NCBI RefSeq assembly: GCF_009914755.1 | Contig: NC_060929.1 | Source: the human T2T-CHM13v2.0 reference genome, Homo sapiens | DNA length: 64,000 nucleotides | Strand: one strand, 5' to 3' | Shown here: positions 55,945 to 64,000 of the stretch, piece by piece | How the letters are laid out: every line of letters begins with the position of its first letter | How positions within the stretch are numbered: position 1 is the first letter of the stretch | The notes under the pieces: model-generated | The model's database searches: none | What the model was told of the DNA's origin: nothing | Seen by the model: only the letters and a program-made list of their open reading frames with translations | Made by a program: the position numbers and the translations under genes

Positions 55945-57024
55945 GGTCTATAAGGACACTTGAAACTCATTGCACGTGGTACTCTATGGAAGGAAGTGTC
56001 AATGATGTGGAAAACAACTCCGATAGAGAGAACATCATGAGAGCTTGGAATGATTACATCATTGGCAATGCCATCATTGTTATAGAAAAGCCATGAAAGC
56101 CATCAAGCCTGAAACAACAAATTCCTTCTGGAGAATACTGTGTATAGATGTGCATGGCTTCACAGGATTTATGACTGAGCCAATCAACGAAATCATAAAA
56201 GAAGTTGTGCATATGGCAAAAATAAAAAGGTGGGGGTAAAGGGTTTCAAGATATGGGTCTTGGATTAATTCAGGACCTAATAAACACCACACCAGAGAAA
56301 TTCACAATGGATGATTTGATGGAGATGAGTGCTTTCAAACCAGTGCCAGATGATGAGGAGGAAGGCATAGAAGATGCAGGGCCAGGAAACAAGTTGACTT
56401 TAGACACTCTGGGAGGAAGGATCCAGTTATTCAAGAATGCTTTTGACTTCTTTCATATGACATGGACCCTTCTACAATACAGGCAATAAGATTAAAGCAA
56501 ATGATAAAGAAGAATTAGTACTGTATAAAAACATTTTTAGAGAAATGAGAAGACAGGAATTCAGATAGAAATTATGATGTATTTCTGTAAAGTTACACTG
56601 AGTGTGCCTGCTTCTTCTGACTCCTCTTCCATCTCCTCCATATCTTCCACCTCTATCACCCCTGAGACAACAAGACCAACCCCTCGTCTTCCTCCTCCTC
56701 AGCTTAGTTGATGCGAAAACAACAAGGATAAAGATCTTTATGATGATCCACTTCCACTTAATGAATAATAAATGTATTTTTTAACTTATTATTTTCGTAG
56801 TAAGATTTTCTCTTCTGTAGCTTACTTTATTGTAAGAATACATTATATAATATACATAACATAAAATATGTGTTAATCAACTGTTTATGTTATCAGTAAG
56901 GCTTTGGGTCAACAGTAAGCTATTAGTAGATAAGTTACTGGGGAATCCAAAGTTACATGCGGCTTTTTGACTGCAAGAGGGCCCGGTGTCTCTCACCCCA
57001 GCATTGCTCAAGGGTCAACTCTGT
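55945..57024 (+). mobile_element. Tigger2 3' portion
   Basis: ggtactctatggaagg...aagccatcaagcctgaaacaa...ccagtgccagatgatgagg...tgatgatccacttccacttaatgaa; TIR-like tcaagggtcaact. Confidence 0.85.
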
Positions 57025-58214
57025 ATTTCATGACAATTTCTTAACTACTTATATTTAGATTTGGTATAAACAGCAACAGCAACCAAAGAGAACCTTATTA
57101 CAGCAAAAAAGTTTCACTCTGTTGTTTCCACCCAGACCCTCTGCAACCTCAATACTTCCCACTGATTTCTGAAAGCCCTCATCACTCTCCGGAGGAAACA
57201 AAATATTGACATTTTGTTCAGGCTCAGGTAAGATAAAGTGAAGAGGATCATTATTTGGCTTTTGAAGAATAGATGTTCATAGGTTTATATTTCAGGTTAA
57301 GATTGTTAAGAGATTGACTTAAATATAAGATTTTAGTATAAAAAATGTAATGAATGCTCACCCCTCTTTTTTGACCTTGGCTAATGCTGCTGCTTAGCTG
57401 GGGACCCTTATGTGAATGAGACAATATTGTATTCGGAGCAGCAGGCCCTGCTTTGAAGTAGTTCCGTTCTCTTCTGAAAACTCAAAGCTGCTTTCATGCA
57501 AGTACTGTTGATTAAAAAATTATTTCTCCACATGAAGCAAAAAAAAAAAAAATGTTTCATAAGTATCAGCATTGAGAATGTTCAATTTTAAGGAAGTCTC
57601 CCATCCTGGATTTTCTAACTTTGAAGATATTACTAATAACACTAACCATTGTTTTTGCTTTATTTTTAATCACTATCTTATTTTTTCTGACTTCGTAATT
57701 TCCATTTCATAAGGATAACAGGTAAAGGGCATTTTTTGGCCTCTAAATAATTAATCATAACTCTAGTGACACATTTCAAAGGGCCAGGAGCAAATCAGTA
57801 TTCACAGTAAAAGCTGAAGAGTCGGCATTTGCCTTTCTAAATTCTCTGTTGTTTAGAAAATTAAATAAACTGTTGTTTAGAAAATTTTTATGCATTGCCT
57901 GAACTTGGAAATTTTGCATAGAATTTGACTTTCTGATTTAGAGTTTTAGTTCCAGATGTTTTTTGTGCCTATTTAACAGAGGTATTGCTTATGAGTGCTT
58001 AAGAATGATTTTTGCAGTAGAATATCTCATTAAGTACTACTATTGTTTGATTTCAAGGATGGTCCCCACAAAAATGGCTTGCACTTGTTCAAGTTCTACT
58101 CTACACTTGAATTTCCATTATAATTATAATTATTTTTTGATTCCTGTACCAAGTGAACTTTATGCTGTTTATTCTTAAAACCCTTACAGGAGCAAATGAT
58201 TGATCTTAAATATA

Positions 58215-58697
58215 TTTGCATGGGCCAAGGGAAAGCTTCTCTGCCTTCTGAAGGTTTGCTTGAAAAATCAACTCCCAAAAGGAGATTAATATGACATACA
58301 GATTTATTAATGTGCACATAAGGAAGAAAGAATGGGAGCTTGGATCATGGCAAAACAGGTTATCGTGGTAAACAGATTCTGGGAGAGGGAGAAGAGGAAG
58401 CGTGGCTGGCCAAGGTGGTCTTGCTATGTAGATGAAACCTCACAGGTAGCAGCTGTTAGACCGAATAGATGGTAAGTGTGTCTTTTAGACCTTTCTAGGT
58501 GTCAGACTGTCAGTTAACCTTCCCTAAATCCAGACAAGAAAAGGCCTGGCTGCATCACTGCAGATTCTGCACAGAACCAAATCTCCCCCACCAAAGACAG
58601 CTTTGCAAGGCCACTTCTGCTTGCTGGTTCTCTGAACATTCATCTCAAAATATGTCTACAAAGTGTATTTTGCGGTACAGTATTTTGATTTCTTTCA
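58215..58697 (-). mobile_element. MER39-type LTR
   Basis: aaagacagctttgcaaggccacttctg...catctcaaaatatgtc...tattttgatttctttca. Confidence 0.72.
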
Positions 58698-58822
58698 TTA
58701 CATAAAGGGTTAAGTTCCAATTTAACTTTTAAATATCTTTATTGAACTTAATTGAATTCAGTACCCTACATTGTCTTTTGTTGTCCCAACCACTAAAGGT
58801 AAGAGCAAATGCAAATTAAACA

Positions 58823-59508
58823 TGAAAGGGTTAATTAATTCACCCTATAAAAAATAAAGGGAGAGCGAGCTCCTTCTTCTACTTCTTAGAGCATTCATTT
58901 TAGAAAACTCAAGATTATAGCTTCCTTCTCTGTCTCTTTGAGATGCATGTAAATTTTTTACAAGCTAAATACATCTTTTTGCCAGTTTTATATTCCAGTA
59001 ACATCTCTCTCAAAAAACTGGGAGCCATCCCTTTGAAATATAATTATCAAAGATAACACTCTTATCTCCAATTATCTGTGGGAGGGTAGGAGCCTAACTT
59101 CTGTGGACACCTGGCTCCCAGTTGTATAACTACTTCCTGTCATAAATATATGAATAGTTTATTTTTCCTTTGAATAAAGCCAATTAGCTAACACAGATGG
59201 TGACCACAATTACCAGGTGAATCTAGGATAAATTATGTGTAACAAATGTTAGTGTCAAGTCCTCTTTCTTGAGGACTAGTTATTGTTTATCTTGAAAACA
59301 TGTTTGTAATGTAAAATATGTCTGTTTAGCTATATAAAATGGTAAGATTTCTTTGTCTTTGCAATCTCTCAGTAGACTACCTATGATATGCATCACATTC
59401 TGGTTTAATGCTCATTCAATAATAAGCCATTTTCTTTCTCTGCTACATTTGTGGGGAGTTTTTTCTGGATGGGAAGAAAATTTTGCTTTTAATTATGTTT
59501 TCCCCATA
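58823..59508 (+). mobile_element. ERV1-class LTR, subfamily uncertain
   Basis: gggagccatccctttgaaat, gggagggtaggagcctaacttc, TATA-like tatataaa (~59331) and downstream aataa signal. Confidence 0.55.
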
Positions 59509-59627
59509 TCAGCAATATTATTCCCCTCATTTCCGATGTCCACACACACAATTCACACAATTATTCCTCATGTTCATTTATAAAAGAAAGATAAGGACAA
59601 TAGCTAAAAATCACATGTAAAATGACG

Positions 59628-60358
59628 TGTAACTGCCCAATGGGTTCATTTTGCCTGCTGCCTAAATAAAGCCAATTTATCAAGACAGGGGAATTGCAAT
59701 AGAGAAAAGAGTTTAATACATGTAGAGTCAGCTAAGCAGGAGACTTGAGCTTTATTAATGCTCAAATCATCCTCCCCCAAAATTTGGAGGCTGTAGTTTT
59801 TTAAAGATAGTTTGGCGTGCAGCGGGCTTGGTAAGAGGGAATGCTTATTGGTTGGGTTAGGGATACAAATCACAGAGAGTCAAGGCTGTTTTCTTGCACT
59901 GAGTCAGTTCCTGGGTAGAAGCCATAAGACCAGATGAGCCAGTTTACTGATCTAAGGGGCACCAACTGATCTATTGGAATGCAGGGCCTGAAAAATATCT
60001 CAAACACCAATCTTAGGTTTTATGACAGTAATGTTATCAACAGGAGCAATTGGGGGGGTTAGAGATCTTGTGGCCTGTGACTGCATGACTCCTGAGCCAT
60101 AATTTTTAATCTTTTGGATAATATGTTACTTTCACAAAGGCAGTCTGGTTCCTAGGCAAAGAGGGGATCGGTTTTGTGGAGGAGATGTTATCATCTTTTG
60201 TTAAACTATAAACTAAATTCCTCCTACTGTTAGTTTGGCCTACGTCCAGGAAAAAAATTAGGGGAGCTTGGAGGTTAAAGGCAAAATGGAGTCAGTTAGG
60301 TCATATCATTCACTGTCATAATTTTCTTACTGTTATAATTTTTGCAAAGGTAGTTTCA
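59628..60358 (-). mobile_element. LTR8 (LTR8A-like) solo LTR
   Basis: tgtaactgcccaatgggttca...caagacaggggaattgcaatagaga...ttataatttttgcaaaggtagtttca. Confidence 0.85.
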
Positions 60359-60550
60359 TTTACATACAGTGAGAATATACACATATGGTTATCATACAAA
60401 GTAGAAGGTAACTTCCAGTTTTCTGAAAATAACTGAATACTTATCAAATATGGTAGTTATAACCTATTGAAATCCTGAAGAGAAATAGAAAGCAATACTT
60501 AGTCTACTGTAAAATGACTCAAACCAACATACTCTTTCATGATTTGTGGG

Positions 60551-60856
60551 TTTTTTTTTTTTTTTTTTTGAGATAGGGTCTCACTTTGTCACCCAGGCTA
60601 GAGTAAAGTGACGTGATATTGGCTCACTGCAGTCTCTACCTCCTGGGCTCAAGGGTTCTTCTCACCTCGGCCTCCCAAGTAGCTTGGACTACAGGCGAAT
60701 GCCACCACATCTGAATTTTTTTTTTTTTTGTATTTTTTATAGAGACAGGGTTTTGCTATGTTGTTCAGGCTGGCTTCCAACTCCTGAGCTCCAGTGATCT
60801 ACCTGCCTCGGCCTCCCAAAGTGTTAGGATTACAGGTGTGAGCAACTGCGCCCGGT
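60551..60856 (-). mobile_element. AluJ
   Basis: tcctgggctcaag and ctcctgagctc J diagnostics; TSD gatttgt.ggt. Confidence 0.88.
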
Positions 60857-61339
60857 GGATTTGTAGGTTCTTCTTGGTATAAATTACCCCCCACCTTTAA
60901 ACCACAGGGCTAGTCTCCTCCCCCACAACAAATTATCTTGGCTCCATCTATTATAAGAGTCAATCGAAGATTCATTCTGGCCTCTGGAGACATCATGAGC
61001 TAGCAGACACACAAGCTTGTAGCCCATTCTGAAAGCACACCGAGTCCTTTCTTTCTGCCTTTAAGGTCATGGACTACATCTGGCATGAAAGTTTCCATAT
61101 GTACAGCCTGAAGGTAACATAATTATTATCAGGGGTATTCATGATCACATTCCTCTGCTTCAGAGACAGAGAAGGGGTATTTGAGAAGTTGTAAAAGCTT
61201 AGACTTGAAGCCAGGCAGGGAGTCCTCTTGCTCTTTCTTTTCACTAAGTTGTGTTGTGTGCATACAATGACTTGGCAATAACTATCATGACTCACATTAC
61301 TTGACAATTGGCCTTATGCTATGACCTTCTAAGGAATTA

Positions 61340-61520
61340 TTTTCTGCAATCTCACAATAACTTTCTGAAGGGATCCCAACTGGAGGTGAGGAATCTGTGG
61401 TATGGGGAGGTAGAGAGGCTGATCCAGAGCCACAGAGTTGGCAGAATAAGGCTGTGAGGAGGCCTTTGAGCCCAGGGGGCTTGACTGCAAAGCCAGCTTA
61501 GTGACCACTGAGCCAAAGGC
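61340..61520 (-). mobile_element. MIR fragment
   Basis: aatctcacaataac...ggtgaggaatctgtgg...ccacagag...tttgagcccag. Confidence 0.5.
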
Positions 61521-62111
61521 CTTGGTACAGGGAGCCCATATGTGAATGTTTGGGCAGAGTAGGCGAGGGCTCGTCAGGTTTTATCAGGGCCTTTTCAGGT
61601 TGTACCTCATCTGAGTGCCAAGTTTCAGGGTGTCAAACTTGTGGATGGAGCTTTCCTTTCAGGAGTCTTAAGGCCCTGTAGATCCACCCCGACAAGAGCT
61701 GGGGTATAAAAAAAACACAGAGCACATTCCTTGCTCCCTAGAAATCCATGGGGAAACACAGCTAGTGTTACAGCAGGTGCGTTCCTGTGTTAGGTCTTGC
61801 TGCACAGGTACTTAGGCTTTGCAAGTGGGCCCAGCAGTATCCTGACATTCTTCAAAGTAAATGGGCTTTCTTTAGTGCCCTCTAAGTGCATCTTAGAGAG
61901 AAGGAGTTAATTTTTCAAAAGGCAAACTTGGAATAAGGACTTATTGTGGACATTCACTGGAAATTGGTGATGAGATTTATTCTTTTTCTTTTTTTCTGGG
62001 ACACTAAAAGGAAGCACCACCTCTCACTGCCGCAAGAAATGAATGGAATATATGTGATTTTATATGCCTGTTTTTTCTTAAACTCACTGACCTTTTTCTT
62101 CCATATAATAT

Positions 62112-62997
62112 TGTTGACAATAAAAGCCAAGCTCTGTAAAATATTTGAAGGGATTTATTCTGAGCCAAATGTGAGAACCATGACCCACCGCAGAGACTCA
62201 AGAGGTCCTGAGAAGATGTGCCCAAGATAGTGGAGTTACAGCTTGATTTTATAGGTTTTAGGGAGACCTAGGATATCAATCAATACATGTGAGGTATACT
62301 TTGGTTCAGTATGGAAAGATGGGACAACTTGACAAAAGGGACTTACAGGTCAAATGTGGATTCAAAGATTTTCTGATTGGCTAGTGATTGAGAGATTTAA
62401 GTTATTATTTAAAGACCTGGAATCAATAGAAAAGAATATCTGTGTTAACATAAGGGGTTGTGGAGACCAATGTCCTTATTATGTAGATGAGGCCTTATAG
62501 ATGGCCATCCTCAGAGGCAATAGATGGCAAATGTTTTCAGAGTCTGAAAAGGTGCGAGACTCTCAGTTAATCTCTTCAGGATCAGAAAAAGATCTGGAAA
62601 TGGAATAGGATTCTCTATACAATGTAAATTTCCCCTGCAAGAGACAGCTTTGCAGGGTCATTTCAACAGATGTCAAAGAAATACATTTTGGGGTAAAACA
62701 TTTAGATTTTTTTCAGGCCTGCTATCTCTCATGCAATGCTATACAAGAGTCAGGTTGTAATTTGATATCTTACTGTTACAATGAGTCTGTTATGTCAGTC
62801 TTAAGATCTCTATTTTAATATCCATGTTGGTAAGATGTGCCTAAATTCCAAAGGGAAGAGAGTATAATAAGTCACGTCTGACTCCCCTTCCCCTAATGGG
62901 CTGAGCTAGCTTTTCAGGTTTCTTTGGAATCCCCAAGGCCAAGAGGAGGGGTTCATTCAATTGATTGGGAGGCTTAAAATTTTATTTTTGGTTTGCA
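62112..62997 (-). mobile_element. MER4D/E-type solo LTR
   Basis: ttttcaggtttctttggaatccccaaggccaagaggaggggttcattca...aattttatttttggtttgca; TSD atat/acat. Confidence 0.82.
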
Positions 62998-64000
62998 ACA
63001 TAATGTACCCATCACTTTATAATAAAAAAAGAAAAATGAGCCCAACTGCATTTTCTTCCTAACTGTTATTTTGGCAAATGTTTCTCATTTTGGCATATAT
63101 TTTTGTAAAATTCTAAGAAAAATATTCTGTGTGCACAACAAGGATAAGAGTGATACCTGATCTCCAAGTGGAAACTGCAATGTTTCTTGCCAATAACCTG
63201 AGTGTGTTAGGATTTGTGTGGCCAAAGTCTGTCTCACTAAGAATAGAAAAGGGGAAATATTACAACAAGCTGTTAGTATAGGAAGTGTTGGGAAAGCAAG
63301 CATAGTCACTGAGCAGAATGAACAACTGTTTTCCTTTACCATGTACCTCATAGGCTTGTTTTCTTTTGTTTCTTTTCATGGGAGTCCATAGCCTTGGTAG
63401 TTTCTCTTTTGGATTCAGTTTCAAATTGCATCTGCTGTTGTTAAACATTTTAAGGAAGATGTAATTATTAAGCAGGTACTGACTAGTCTATGAAGTTGTG
63501 AAATGGAACCTATTTAATAAATCACCTTACCCCATGATGAGCTCGTCTCCTCCAGAGACGAAAATTTTTCTGGAATAATGCCTGGCACTAGCTGCTAATG
63601 TATATTGTTAAAATACTAAATAAAAGTTAGATATTTGTTTTACATTTAAGTTTTGCTTGTCATCAATTTCCATATGAGGGTCATTCTGAAATGTGTGGTC
63701 AGGTAGGGACATTTACTTTGAAATACTTTGTTCAGAGAAGCCAATTAGCTGTCATTTGGCTTTTAAAATACCACTGTCACAATAAATTCTAATATATACA
63801 CTGTTCGAAAAATAAGGATGTTTGGAACTTTTTTAGCTTTACTAAGCCGTCTGGTTCTTACTTCCCAATAGAGTTTCTATAGAAAAAGGAGTAGGAACAC
63901 TATTAAATCTGAGCAACTCAGCTTACTCAAACTTTGAAGTCATATTATCAAGAGCTTTCGGCACTTAAAAGGAATAGAAAAATGGTTACATATCATTCCA

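Overview
This is primate genomic DNA, almost certainly human (it carries an AluYa5). It is AT-rich and mostly decayed transposable elements. I can support no protein-coding exon: the ORF track is explained by Alu, LTR, Tigger, ERV or GC-rich sequence. The main unique feature is a ~0.9 kb CpG-island promoter (~27200-28100) with paired CCAAT boxes, NRF1-like motifs and a strong plus-strand first-exon donor, most plausibly a lncRNA or long-5'UTR transcript. Other landmarks are a decayed class I ERV (MER57-type LTR, PBS-Leu, gag-pro-pol-env remnants, 48103-55940) with four nested insertions, an LTR28/HUERS-like partial provirus, a two-LTR THE1 element, and Tigger4/Tigger1/Tigger2 fossils. There are also 13 Alus or Alu monomers and a cluster of MER4-group LTRs at 58-63 kb. 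Repeat subfamily names come from recalled consensus sequences and need RepeatMasker/Dfam confirmation. I found no convincing novel biological system; the findings are testable candidates.
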